From NCBI RefSeq assembly GCF_006345805.1, contig NC_042997.1, positions 181,288,001-181,352,000 of the forward strand: a stretch of DNA of 64,000 nucleotides, written 5' to 3'. Positions 11,256 through 23,546 of the stretch are shown piece after piece (position 1 is the first letter of the stretch; each line of letters starts with the position of its first letter). Both the position numbers and the translations under genes were made by a program. This stretch comes from Octopus sinensis. Lineage: Eukaryota. Under the pieces are notes generated by a model. It did no database searches. It saw nothing but the letters and a program-made list of their open reading frames with translations, and was not told the origin of the DNA.

Positions 11256-12420
11256 TATATATGTATATATATATATATGTGTATATGTGTTTGTGTGTCT
11301 GTGTTTGTCCCCCTAGCATTGCTTGACAACCGATGCTGGTGTGTTTACGTCCCCGTAACTTAGCGGTTCGGCAAAAGAGACCGATAGAATAATTACTGGG
11401 CTTACAAAGAATAAGTCCCGGGGTCGATTTGCTCGACTAAAGGCGGTGCTCCAGCATGGCCGCAGTCAAATGACTGAAACAAGTAAAAGAGAGTGTTATA
11501 TATTTTTTACATTAATCTTAATCGTATTATAGAAAGATTGTTAAACTGAAAATCGAAGTATGATGAGTTTGAACTAGTTTAGGTCATTGATATAAATCAA
11601 TAGTTACAGAGAAAGTACCATGAGTTGGAGTGTAAGTCATGCAACAGCAGCCTCGAAACATAGACGTCAAGTGAGAATGTGTGTGCGTCTCTCTGTGTGT
11701 CTGTGTTTGTGTGTGTATGTGTGTGTGCACGCATGTGTACTTGTGTGTATTGATGTAGATAGAGACTTGAACAGATGAACACATACAGAGAGAGATAGGT
11801 AGAGGGTAAAAGAGAGTACAACTGAAAAAGAGGGAAATGAATAAAGAAATGCTACTTCTAAAATATCTCTAAGAGATCAACGCAGTAGTTGTACTGACAA
11901 GTAATTTTTGTAGCCACTTTAACATGGCTGTCCGTTCGAGCGGACTCTACCGCGATTTTTTAACCCCGAGAGGACATCTCCTCTAGCTGGTTAACGATGC
12001 ACAGCTGTATCCGATAAAACTGCCAGCAGGGGAGCGAACCCCTACCATCTTCTAACGATGAAACCAGTAGCCCAGTCCTGGTTTCGAGCTATTTCTGCCA
12101 CTCCTAAGTACTGGACACCTCGCCTGCTAGAGATGATAGCAGCTTGCTTCTGCATGCAATATATATATATATATATATTTCAAGCGAACACAGTTGCTGA
12201 TTTTGAGTCCACTCGAATGGACAGCCATGTTAAAGTGGCTACGAATATTACTTGTATAAAGAAAATCTATAATATACGTAATATTGCTAGTATATGAGAA
12301 TAAACTTTATAAAATTTAAAGACTTAATATTACAATAATAACACAATGCAACTGCTTTAGTTTCAATATATGATCTCAAATCTAATATGTACAAAGAAAC
12401 GATATACTTATATTTTTGTA

Positions 12421-12865
12421 GGGCGGCGAGCTGGCAAAAACGCTCGCCGCCCTTCAAGCATCTCGCCCGGAGCTGGCACGCCAGGCGAGATGCTTAGCGG
12501 TATTTCGTCTGCCGTTAGGTTCTGAGTTCAAATTCGGCCCAGGTCGAGTTTGCCTTTCATCTTTTCGGGGTCGATTAGATAAGTACAAGTTACGCACTGG
12601 GGTCGATATAATCGACTTAATCCGTTTGTCTGTCCTTGTTTGTCCGCTCTGTGTGTAGCCCCTTGTGGGTAGTAAAGAAATAGGTACTTCGTCTGCCGCT
12701 ACATACTGAGTTCAAATTCCGCCGAAGTCGACTTTGCCTTTCATCCTTTCGGGGTCGATAAATTAAGGACCTGTTACGTACTGGAGTCGATGTAATCGAC
12801 TTAATCCGTTTGTCTGTCCTTGTTTGTCCCCTCTATGTTTAGCCCCTTGTGGGCAATAAAGAAAT
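12421..12865 (+). mobile_element. Family-B SINE head-to-tail dimer with ~24-bp TSD (second unit starts 12683)
   Basis: Same dimer junction as 5441. Flanked by AAGAAACGATATACTTA(T/C)ATTTTT at 12394-12417 and 12866-12889. Confidence 0.85.
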
Positions 12866-12924
12866 AAGAAACGATATACTTACATTTTTTGTTGCAAATG
12901 ATTTTAATAAAAGAATGTGTGAAG

Positions 12925-13042
12925 TCTTTACGTTCTGAGTTAAAATTCCGCCGAGGTCAACTTTGCCTTTCAGCCTTTAGGGGTCGATAAATTAAGTACC
13001 AGTTACGTACCGGGATCGATCTAATCGACTGCCCCCCTCCCC
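12925..13042 (+). mobile_element. 5'-truncated family-B-related SINE
   Basis: TTACGTTCTGAGTTAAAATTCCGCCGAGGTCAACTTTGCCTTTC...AAGTACCAG core. Confidence 0.75.
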
Positions 13043-13043
13043 A

Positions 13044-13611
13044 AAAGTGATCAAAACTAGAGTGAGCTTCCTAATGTTTATGGATATATTAATAACAAAG
13101 TTTCGGGCCGAATCTCAGACCGGGCGATGTGTGTGTTTATGAGCGAAACACCTAAGCTCCACCTGGCCCTGGCAGAAGGTAATGGCTGACTCTTTCGCCA
13201 CAACTTTCTCTCATTCTTTCCTCCTGCATCTTGCAGCTCACCTGCGATGGACCGGCGTCCCATCCAGGTGGGGAACCTATACGGCAAGGAATCCGGGAAA
13301 CCGGCCCTTATGTGCCAGGCGTGGATCGAGAAGGAACAAACAACAAGATTTTCAAAAAGGTTGAGAGCCACTTTTACATTTTGCACTCAGTATGGTCATT
13401 AACTTTCATTTCCCTAACTGTAAATAGAATAAACTTTGTTATCTGATAATTAGGGCTTTTTTTTAACCTTAAAAAGAGCTTAATTTGAACCTTATTTTCA
13501 TACATTTTCAACCTTATTTTTTAAACTAATTGAGAGATTTTAACCTCATTTTAACATTGTTATTAATAAATCCATAAACATTAGGAAGCTCACTCTAGTT
13601 TTGATCACTTT
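13044..13611. mobile_element. MITE with 59-bp terminal inverted repeats, interrupted by a SINE
   Basis: 13044-13102 versus the reverse complement of 13553-13611: 57/59 identical. Superfamily unclear. Confidence 0.75.
13103..13357 (+). mobile_element. 5'-truncated SINE, family E, nested in the MITE
   Basis: Shares TGTGTGTTTAT(T)GAG(C/T)GAAA(A)CACCTAA(A)GCTCCAC with 26998-27380 and has an A-rich tail. Confidence 0.65.
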
Positions 13612-14119
13612 ATGATATACAATTTTTAAAAATTTCGATTATGAAAATTTATTATAATACAATATGATATAATATGATATATTTGTAAGCAAAAGATACC
13701 TGTCTTTTGCATGGCTATCTTTCAGCATCCAAAAACAGCATTCTACAGCAGCTGATGTCATCTGGCATTGTTTCAGGTCTGCATATTCTGCTGCTGAAAC
13801 TTTGGGGTGGGGGGCATTAACAGCATTATCGAATTGATTTGTTTTTTATTGTATCTAAAATCAATGTAACTTATGATGCAACATGGGTCTTTGCTGAATT
13901 TTAGTTATTTGAGGCTTTTGTAAACATCGTAGATGGTAAATGCCGTATACATATACTATAGACATATCGCATATCTATATTTATATGTAAGCAAAATACG
14001 AACTACTGCATGAATCACCCTTCCTAAAAACCTCATACTAAAAATTACTATGCCCTTCAATCTACCACTAGTTATGATAACATAAATATTGGAAGGCAAC
14101 GCATGAAATATGTATGTGT

Positions 14120-15018
14120 CTATTTACAGATGGGCTGAGGATAATAATATGCAGTTTAATGCTGAAAAAATCTAGGCCCTGCGCTACCAGCATACAAAAC
14201 TGAATATTAAACTTACAGGATACACAGGTCCACAGGGAATTTCAATCCCAGAGCCTAAGTCTGTGAGGGGCCTGGGTATCGACATGAGTGATGATACCGC
14301 TTTCCAAGTGCACATTACCAGGATGGCGACAAAGTGCAGACGACTGGCTGGATGGATCCTAAGAACATTCAGAACCAGAGATAAGGAAACCATGATGGTC
14401 CTCTGGCGGACAATTCGTCCTCAGCCGCCTGGATTACTGCTCACAGCTATGGTCACCCACCAGTGTAAAATTAACAGCGGACCTAGAAGCAATCCAGAGA
14501 AGATTTACAAAGAAGATCGTCTCTTTGGAACAGCTCAGCTACTGGGAAAGGTTGAAACAGCTAAGACTCTACTACCTGGAGAGAAGACGGGAGAGGTATG
14601 CAGTAATGTATGTCTGGAAGATCCTGGAAAGAATTGTGCCAAATTTTGGCATTGTAAGCTACACCAATGCTAGAATGGACGACACTGCATAGTGCCAAAG
14701 ATCCCAGCAATGCCATCACGCTTCAGGACCAGCATCTGCAACAGCCTGGGTTTCAAGGGCCCACAGCTTTTTAATATTCTCTCAAAGAGTCTGAGGAACT
14801 TGTACAAAGTAGATGTAGCAGTTTTTAAATCAAAGCTGGACATCTTCCTGTCGAGAGTCCCAGATGAACCTACCTCACGGCAAGAGGCGCAAATGCGAGT
14901 AGCTATGTCAAACTCCATTGTTCACTAAGTGCCACATATTAGAGGAGGTTCTTCGTAATAACAGTGTAGCACAAAACTGCGGTGCATCAGCATGGCCGCA
15001 GCTCTGAGCTGAAACAAG

Positions 15019-15021
<3 letters not shown>
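14120..15021 (+). mobile_element. 5'-truncated CR1/L2-group LINE (ORF2 C-terminus plus 3' tail)
   Basis: Frameshifted translation YRWAEDNNMQFN...LGIDMSDD...WILRTFRTRD...LEAIQRRFTKKI...YWERLKQLRL...ERRRERYAVMYVWKI...FKSKLDIFLSRVPDEP. Ends GCGGTGCATCAGCATGGCCGCAGCTCTGAGCTGAAACAAG, then (AT)n. Confidence 0.85.
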
Positions 15022-15084
<63 letters not shown>

Positions 15085-15283
15085 TATATATACCTTTCAT
15101 ATACCTTTACATTTCTACAAAGTTGTACTCCTCTCACACTCTTTTGATAGATTCTATTTTACTCTAATTATTTCTCTTCTTATATATTCTCTAATAGGAA
15201 TATTGTACTGTTCTTACTAGTAACTGATTCTTATGTATATGTGTACATGTGTATATGTATATACATATATATATATGTGTGTG

Positions 15284-15318
<35 letters not shown>

Positions 15319-15657
15319 ATTTATATATACATACATTAGTTCTCTGAACTTTTTAGACTCTCTTTTAAACTCTCTGATGAAGCCTAGATGCACACCCAAT
15401 AGCCTAATTTTATCTACCGATCACTACAGAACACTGAAGAGATGGAAATAACATGTGGGGCATTGGGACCTCTGGGCAGAAACGGCTGTAAGAAACTGTT
15501 CTTTTTCTTTTTCTATTCTAGGAATTACTGGTACTTGTGTATGTAATACACAGTCTTTACATATGTATATATATTCTCATAATTGCTTAAAATAATACAT
15601 AGACATAATATAATGTCTTATAGTTGATGTATACTATTTCTCTGTCTCCTCCATTTT

Positions 15658-15694
<37 letters not shown>

Positions 15695-15767
15695 ATATAT
15701 ATATATATATATACGTTTAAATATTTGTTGTGCAAGATTTTTTATGTGAAGTCGTGTGTTGAAACAG

Positions 15768-16754
15768 ATATTGTTATATTTCGGAATGTTCATATTGCCA
15801 GTTTAGCCAATAAAAACACACGCACTATATATTGGTGTTATTTTGCTTCAGTGATATTTATTTTTTACATTAATCTTAATCTTATTTCGGCCAAAGTTCT
15901 TTCGTCACACTCCTGTGACCGCATCAGTGGTCCTTTGTTTTCTTCTCACTTACTTGTGTCTCTCCTTACTAACCGTCAGCCATTTTGTATTCTATTGTAT
16001 GTCTTCATTGCGCATGCTTATATCTCTATGTGCGTCTATGTTTTTTAGTGTGTGTGGGGGGGATGCCTGTAATATTTGTATCTTCTGGTTATATACATTC
16101 TTGTAATTTGTATTTTGTTTTTGTTGTTGTTACTTTTGTTCTAATTTTGTTCATGTGTTTACATCCACCCATTATTATCATTACATATGCTTGTATGTAT
16201 GTATAAAACACAATAGTAATAATAATAATAAATCTAATCGAAAAAAAAAAAGAAAAAAGAAGAATATACATATACATATATATATATACATACATACATA
16301 TACATATATATATATACATATATACACACATATATACACATATACATATACATATATATACACATATACATATATATAGATATTCATTTCTATTTCTTTA
16401 ATTACCTGTGTATTTATTATGTTTGCAGGATCCACTATTGTCATATGTTGTGGTGTGCGCTATTGCTCCATTCTAGTTTTCTATTCAGGCTAGGTTTTAT
16501 TTTCTATTATATGTGTAGCTTCTGTAATTTGTCTAATTGTTGCATCTGTTCTATGTGTGGACAATATCTTAATCTCTATGTTATTGATTGATCCCCCGTG
16601 TTCTTGTTCGGCGTGTTGGTACAGAATCGATGAGCTTTTACCTTCCTTGAGTTGTCTCCAATGTTCATTCACCCGCTCACCAATGCTTCTTGCAGTTTCC
16701 CCTACGTATGTTACTGTCTTGTTACTGCATCGTCCCTCTATACATCTTATACTA
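15768..16754 (-). repeat. Left inverted arm (antisense copy of PLE-1 3' end / pLTR)
   Basis: Encodes the GIY-YIG C-terminus on minus (ORF 16490-16672, NEHWRQLKEGKSSSILYQHAEQEH). Confidence 0.9.
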
Positions 16755-16759
16755 TCTTA

Positions 16760-19481
16760 TACCGCAACAGGGGGATTGACAGGGACCAACAGACAGACAT
16801 AAAACCCAACACTAATATAAACAACACATATACCAGAAACAGGAACAATGAATATATCACTAGCGATGATAGTAATAATGGCAATGTTAGGAATAAAGGT
16901 AATAACAATAATAGTGGTAGTAGTAGTGGTGATGGTAACAGTAGAAGTAGTAATGAGGATAGTAGTGATAGTTGTGGTGGTAATAGGAATACTAGTAGTA
17001 GTAGTAGTGGTAATGGTGATAATAATAATAGGAAGCTGATGTTGGAAACAGTAACGATAATGAAGATAACCCTAGAGAGACCATTGACATGTATACCCAT
17101 CCCTTTGACACTCAATTCTTCAACGTATGCGACAAAACTTACTGCATGAACCGAATTTATCCAACACATTACCCTTCAACAAAAGAGTATACATCCCAAG
17201 ACGTACTAATGACCACATGGAAGCACAGTTCACTATAGCTAGGACCAAACTTAGACAGATTTTAGGATTATACATTAAGAGACAGAGACAGAATAAGACA
17301 GATGCCCAACAACGGGATTAAACCTGCATGTGGCCTACAGAAGCTCATTCAGCGCACGAGGAACGGAGAGGTGATATGCCTTCCCACGGATAAGTCCGGC
17401 AGGATGTCAATAGACAGCTTACCGAACTACATCCAGGCAATGCAACCTCATATCGCCAATACAAAAGTAACAACTGTACAGGCGCATGAGGAGAGAGAAA
17501 AGGTCCTCAATGCCCACATGATGATGTGGACAATTGTTCTGGGACCTCAGAAACGTACTGCAAAGAATTTCCAAGCCTGGAACAATGATATCCCGGCACT
17601 GTATGGACTTCGCAAGGACCATAAAGGTTTTACTGACCCTATAGCAGGACCACCAACAAGACCAGTCTGTGGAGCGAATATCGCTAGCAATTACAGAATC
17701 TCCTACTTCCTCTCAATGATCATACGCCCTATAATCAGGATGTCACCTGATGTGTGTGACAGCACAGAAGATCTCCTAAGCAGGATCAGTGACTGTAACA
17801 AAACTTGTGACTTGACAGGATGTATAGTAGGTAGCATGGATGTGGTAACCCTATACCCATCGATTGACGTAGATTTTGCAGTGGAGAAGTGCGTGGAGAG
17901 GATCAACGAGAGCCAGGTGGAGTTCTGTAATGTCGACACAGAAGAACTGGGCCTCCTACTTAGACTGACATATAATAGTGAATACTTAGATAAACATAAT
18001 CTTAGTAGTTTCTGCCCCAGTAGATGTTTAAGAGGTAGACCGCCTACAATTACTTCTATGGCTAGGAAGACACATATAGAAAGATGGCGCGGATGGACCA
18101 GAGCCATACGGAGCCCCGCAAATGTCCATCAGGTAAAGAAAATGATCGCACATGCACTAGGAGCTAGTATAAGAGTTACCCTAAAAGGCCACACATTTAA
18201 TTTAATAATAAATATATGCCCAGGACGAGGGGGCAGCCATCGGTGTTAGTATCGCTGGTGATGTGGCCAACCTCTTCATGGTATGGTGGGACAGAAGGCT
18301 TAAAGAATGCCTACTGCAAAAATCCATACTCGTAAACATGTACTCTCGCTATGTTGATGATATCAATATAGTAGTAGTAAAGGCACCCCCACAAGAGAGT
18401 ACTGTTGATATAGTAATAGAAACTAATACTATGGAGAGCATCCAGCAAATAGCTAACTCCATCCACCAGAGTATTAAGGTCACAATAGACTACCCCACTA
18501 ACACCCCAACCATAGACTACCAGTACTAGACACTGAACTCTGGCTAGAAATTGTGAAAAATAAAACCCAAATCCTTCATTCATACTATGCAAAACCTATG
18601 GCCTCAAAATACCTGATCCACCGGAACTCAGCCATTGCGAGCAATGCCAAATTCAATATTTTGATGGCAGACCTCGTCAGAATAATGAGAAATGTGTCAC
18701 GCATGTGCGAGCCTACAGAATTAAAGAGACACATACAGTATTTCATTCACCGCATGCAGTTCTCAGGTTACAGCCATAAAGAAAGGATCAGAGTATACAA
18801 AGGAGCCATGAAGAAATTTGATAATATATTATGTAATGATAGGAATGGGATTTGCCCACTCTATAGGAACAAGTCATGGAACACTGTAAAGGACAAAAAA
18901 GAAAATAGGGAAGGCCAACTCTTGGTATGATAGCCATAAATACCAGAGTGTCATGTTCGTTGACACCACCCCTGGAGGTGAACTAGCGTACCGCTTTAGA
19001 AGGACCCTAGATAAACTTAAACTAAGAATTGAGGTTGTTGAAAAGCCAGGCAACCCTATCAGATCTATAATTGGTAGAACCTATCCTTTTAGTAGAACTC
19101 TCTGTACGGATAACTATTGCACTGTGTTAGATTTAGCCCACAACAAACTGTAAAGCCAGAAATGTGGTCTATAGTATAGATGTATAGAGGGACGATGCAG
19201 TAACAAGACAGTAACATACGTAGGGGAAACTGCAAGAAGCATTGGTGAGCGGGTGAATGAACATTGGAGACAACTCAAGGAAGGTAAAAGCTCATCGATT
19301 CTGTACCAACCGCCGAACAAGAACACGGGGGATCAATCAATAACATAGAGATTAAGATATTGTCCACACGTAGAACAGATGCAACAATTAGACAAATTAC
19401 AGAAGCTACACATATAATAGAAAATAAACCTAGCCTGAATAGAAACTAGAATGGAGCAATAGCGCACACCACAACATATGA
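16760..19481 (+). pseudogene. PLE reverse transcriptase + Cys-rich linker + GIY-YIG endonuclease (frameshifted)
   Basis: ORF pieces 17302-18249, 18263-18529, 18553-18930 and 18953-19153. Motifs PTDKSGR, LRKDHK, RPVCGA, GSMDVVTLYPSI, GAAIGVSIAGDVANLFM, RYVDDI, NCKARNVVYS..RC..C...YVGETARSIGERVNEH. Confidence 0.9.
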
Positions 19482-19602
19482 CAATAGTGGATCCTGCAAA
19501 CATAATAAATACACAGGTAATTAAGAAATAGAAATGAATATCTGTATATATGTATATGTGTATATATATGTATATGTATATGTGTATATATGTGTGTATA
19601 TA

Positions 19603-19638
<36 letters not shown>

Positions 19639-20147
19639 TATATTATATGTATATGTATATTCTTTTTTTTTTTTTTTTTTTTTTCGATTAGATTTATTAT
19701 TATTATTACTAATATTGTTGTTATACATACATACAAGCATATGTAATGATAATAATGGTGGATGTAAACACATGAACAAAATTAGAACAAAAGCAACACA
19801 ACAAAAACAAAATACAATTACAAGAATGTATATAACCAGAAGATACAAATATTACAGGCATCCCCCCACACACACTAAATAAACATAGACGCACATAGAG
19901 ATATAAGCATGCGCAAATGAAGACATACAATAGAAATACAAAATGGCTGACGGTTAGTAAGGGAGACACAAGTAAGTGAGAAGAAAAAAAGGACCACTGA
20001 TGCGGTCACAGGAGTGTGACGAAAGAACTTTGGCCGAAATAAGATTAAGATTAATGTAAAAATAAATATCACTGAAGCAAAATAACACCAAATATAGAGG
20101 CGTGTGTTTTTATTGGCTAAACTGGCAATATGACCATTCCGAAATAT

Positions 20148-20155
<8 letters not shown>
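19172..20155 (+). repeat. Right arm (PLE-1 3' end / pLTR)
   Basis: Reverse complement of the left arm, including the internal (AT)-rich microsatellite and poly-T. Confidence 0.9.
19991..20035 (+). ncRNA. Hammerhead-ribozyme-like motif in PLE-1 pLTR (antisense twin at 15889-15933)
   Basis: GGACCA-CTGATGCG-GTCAC AGGAGT GTGAC-GAAA-GAAC-TT-TGGCC: stem I GG(A)CCA/TGGCC, 5-bp stem II and minimal stem III. The CUGAUGCG variant is present in both arms. Confidence 0.55.
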
Positions 20156-20210
<55 letters not shown>

Positions 20211-20248
20211 ATATATAATATATATATATATATAAATATATATAATAC

Positions 20249-20287
<39 letters not shown>

Positions 20288-20297
20288 TATATATATA

Positions 20298-20329
<32 letters not shown>

Positions 20330-20396
20330 AATATATATATATACATAGATATTTATATATATAGATATATATATAATATATCTATAATATATATAT

Positions 20397-20439
<43 letters not shown>

Positions 20440-20462
20440 TAGATATATATATATCTATATAT

Positions 20463-20550
<88 letters not shown>
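20152..20550. repeat. Large (AT)n microsatellite
   Basis: ~400 bp of interrupted AT dinucleotide. Confidence 0.95.
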
Positions 20551-20554
<4 letters not shown>

Positions 20555-20837
20555 CATATATTATCGAACAGTTAGTACCATCACCCAAACTAATCAAACA
20601 TCCATTTCTCAAGCCAGTAACTCATACATATATTTCTATAGTGGTGTGTGTGTGTGTGTGTGTGTGTGTTGTAAATATACATATATTTGTACATGCATAC
20701 ATATCGACATGAATTAGTACATATGTACATGCCTAAGTATATATGTACACGGATGCGCACTTATATTAGCACAAAAATACATACACGCTGGAAGATACAC
20801 ATATCCTTCCATAGATACATCACATCCACTCATACAT

Positions 20838-20889
<52 letters not shown>

Positions 20890-20998
20890 GCACATACGTA
20901 CACCATACATACAGGCTCATATACATACAATATATATGCATACGCATACATACATACATAAATACATACATATATAAATGCATACATACATATATATG

Positions 20999-21056
<58 letters not shown>

Positions 21057-21246
21057 AATACATAGTTTTAAACATTACTTGGTAATGGCGGAGGAAATCA
21101 AGTAGCGCAGCGTCTACTTCCTTCTGGCGATGACCTTTGCAAAAAGATGTGCGACAGAGCATTTTAAGGTCTCCTTCAGAGGTCAAGATATAATCTCATA
21201 ATAATTGCCTCATTTTCTTTTATGCACACACACACACATACACACA

Positions 21247-21277
<31 letters not shown>

Positions 21278-21624
21278 TACACACACACACACACACACAC
21301 ATATGTATATATATTCTTTTTCTATCGTCTTCCTTTACATCTCGCGTCTCTACGCCGAAAGCAAACTTTAAACAATAATCAATTTCTTTCTCTCGCTTTC
21401 TTCAACGAATTACTCATCATCTGTCGCCTTTCCTGACAGAAAGGTTATCTAAGAACGCAGCAGCCGCTTCTTCACCGGTCCTGGTAACCGCCGCTAGAAA
21501 TATAATTTAGGTGGATCAAATCACAACCTGTCTACTGTCTTCAATATGGAAGAACACACTTCGATAAAGTAGTCTTTTTCGGCTTTCCTCTTGCTGCCGC
21601 CGTATCATCAATACATTAAGGCTG

Positions 21625-21668
21625 CAGTGGTGGTGGTGGTGGTGGTGGTGCTGTTGTTGTTGCTGTTG

Positions 21669-21700
<32 letters not shown>

Positions 21701-21997
21701 AGTGTGGTGGTGGAGGTGGTGGTGCTGGTGGTGCTGGTGCTGGTGCTGGTGGTGGTGCTGGTGGTTTTGGTGCTGGTGGTTTTGGTGCTGGTGGTGCTGG
21801 TGCTGTGGTGGTGATGGTGATGGTGGTGCTGGTGCTGGTGCTGGTGTGGTGTCGGTGGCGGCGGCGACGATGGCGGCGGCGGCGACGATGGCGGTGGCGG
21901 TGGCAGTGGTGGTGGTGTTGGCGGCGGCGGTGGCAGTGGTGGTGGCGGTGGCGGTGGTGGCGGTGATGGTGGTGGTGGTGGTGGTGGTGGTGGTGGT
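21625..21997. repeat. Compound (GGT/GTT/GCT/GGC)n trinucleotide repeat
   Basis: Direct reading. Confidence 0.9.
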
Positions 21998-22091
21998 GGA
22001 GAGAACGGGAAGGTTACAGATCGAACATATTCGATTATAGGTCTATTCGATCAGTGCTGATCTGGAATGAAACGACGACGACGACAATAAC

Positions 22092-22125
<34 letters not shown>

Positions 22126-22499
22126 ACCACAGCAACTATATTAATCCTGTAGAGAGTAGAATAATCTCAGGTCTAGATAAAACCAAGATGATTTCGATTC
22201 CCGATTCCTTTTTAATCTAGTTAGGTTCTTTGCGAATTATATGAATTTCAAAAAACGTCTATCTAATGGTTTGTGCCTAGTTTATCCGTGCAGCATCTGT
22301 ATATAGACGTGCCAAATTAGGGATTACACGTATGATATTGAAAGAATTAATTCAGTTACTAAATCCCCTTTGGAAATTGTACTTACAGACATACACGTAT
22401 GTACGTGGATACACATATATACCGACACAAAAACACACACACATAAAAATACATACATATATATATATATATATACATACATATATATATATATATTAG

Positions 22500-22672
22500 C
22501 CACTACACATTCTTTATTTTTCTCTTCTTATTTCTTTTTGTGTTCCTTTCTGTGTAAGAGCGTAGGCTCAAAATATTAACAACTTCTTCACTTCCCAATA
22601 GTTAAACTAATACATCTGTTTGTTGTCTACACCACCTGTATTCGTCTTTTGTTTGTTTTTTCTGAATTCTCC

Positions 22673-22676
<4 letters not shown>
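22500..22676 (+). mobile_element. Family H Penelope-like remnant, flanked by (AT)n on both sides
   Basis: TTTCTGTGTAAGAGCGTAGGCTCAAAATATT...TTTGTTG...CCACCTG..TTCGTCTTTTGT is homologous to 11120-11230. Confidence 0.5.
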
Positions 22677-22730
<54 letters not shown>

Positions 22731-23129
22731 TGCATACATACATACATGCATACATTACTTTACATATATATACACATGTACATACACACATGCATACAAC
22801 TTATAAATACATAGACATTCATACATCCGTGTATGCATACATACATACATACATACATACATACATACATACATACATACATACATACATTCTTCTAAAC
22901 ACTATTCGACAATGGCGGAAAATGTCCCCTTAAAACATCGTGTTTCAAGAGCTGTTGGTTTTATGTACTACGTTTTTGAAAACCCACCAAAACTGAACAT
23001 TAAGAGGTCTGGCTCAAAATTTGAAAATGACATACTCAACTGAACTCTACATGCTAACCACATACAGTGTGAAGATCATAAACTTAGTATTTCACTGGTT
23101 TATTATTATTATTACTTTTTTACTATATA

Positions 23130-23300
23130 GGCGCAGGTGTGGCTGTGTGGTAAATAACTTGCTTACCAACCACATGGTTCCGGGTTCATTCCCACTGTGT
23201 GGCACCTCGGGCAAGTGTCTTCTACTATAGAACCGGGCCGACCAAAACCTTGTGAGTGGATTTGGTAGACGGAAACTGAAAGAAGCCCGTTGCATATATG

Positions 23301-23339
<39 letters not shown>

Positions 23340-23546
23340 CTGTGTCTGTCCCCCCAACATCGCTTGACAACCGATGCTGGTGTGTTTACGTCCCCGTAAC
23401 CTAGTGGTTCGGCAAAAGTGACCGATAGAGTAAGTACTAGACTCCCAAAGAATAAGTCCTGTGGTCGAGTTGCTCGACTAAAGGCGGTGCTGCAGCATGG
23501 CCGCAGTCAAATGACTGAAACAAGTAAAAGATAAAAGATAAAAGAT
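23130..23546 (+). mobile_element. Family-A SINE (full length)
   Basis: Head, body, microsatellite and tail ending (TAAAAGA)n. Confidence 0.9.

Larger units (their letters stand above)
10485..11492 (+). mobile_element. Family-A SINE split in its internal microsatellite (5' half 10485-10646, 3' half ~11280-11492)
   Basis: Head and tail halves are collinear and separated by ~630 bp of inserted or expanded sequence. Confidence 0.75.
15768..20155 (+). mobile_element. Penelope-like element (PLE-1) with inverted pseudo-LTR arms
   Basis: RT and GIY-YIG remnants on plus. 15768-16754 is the reverse complement of 19172-20155. (AT)n tracts lie at or close to both ends. Confidence 0.9.

Noticed and set aside
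16652-17169. Asn/Ser-rich 165-aa ORF and antisense Leu-rich ORF as host genes
   Set aside because: They span the junction of the PLE inverted arm and the low-complexity N-terminal part of the PLE ORF.
21591-22040. Poly-Val/Trp/Gly ORFs (also 26021-26342 and 59791-60404)
   Set aside because: Trinucleotide repeats lacking stops by construction, with no supporting splice or domain context.
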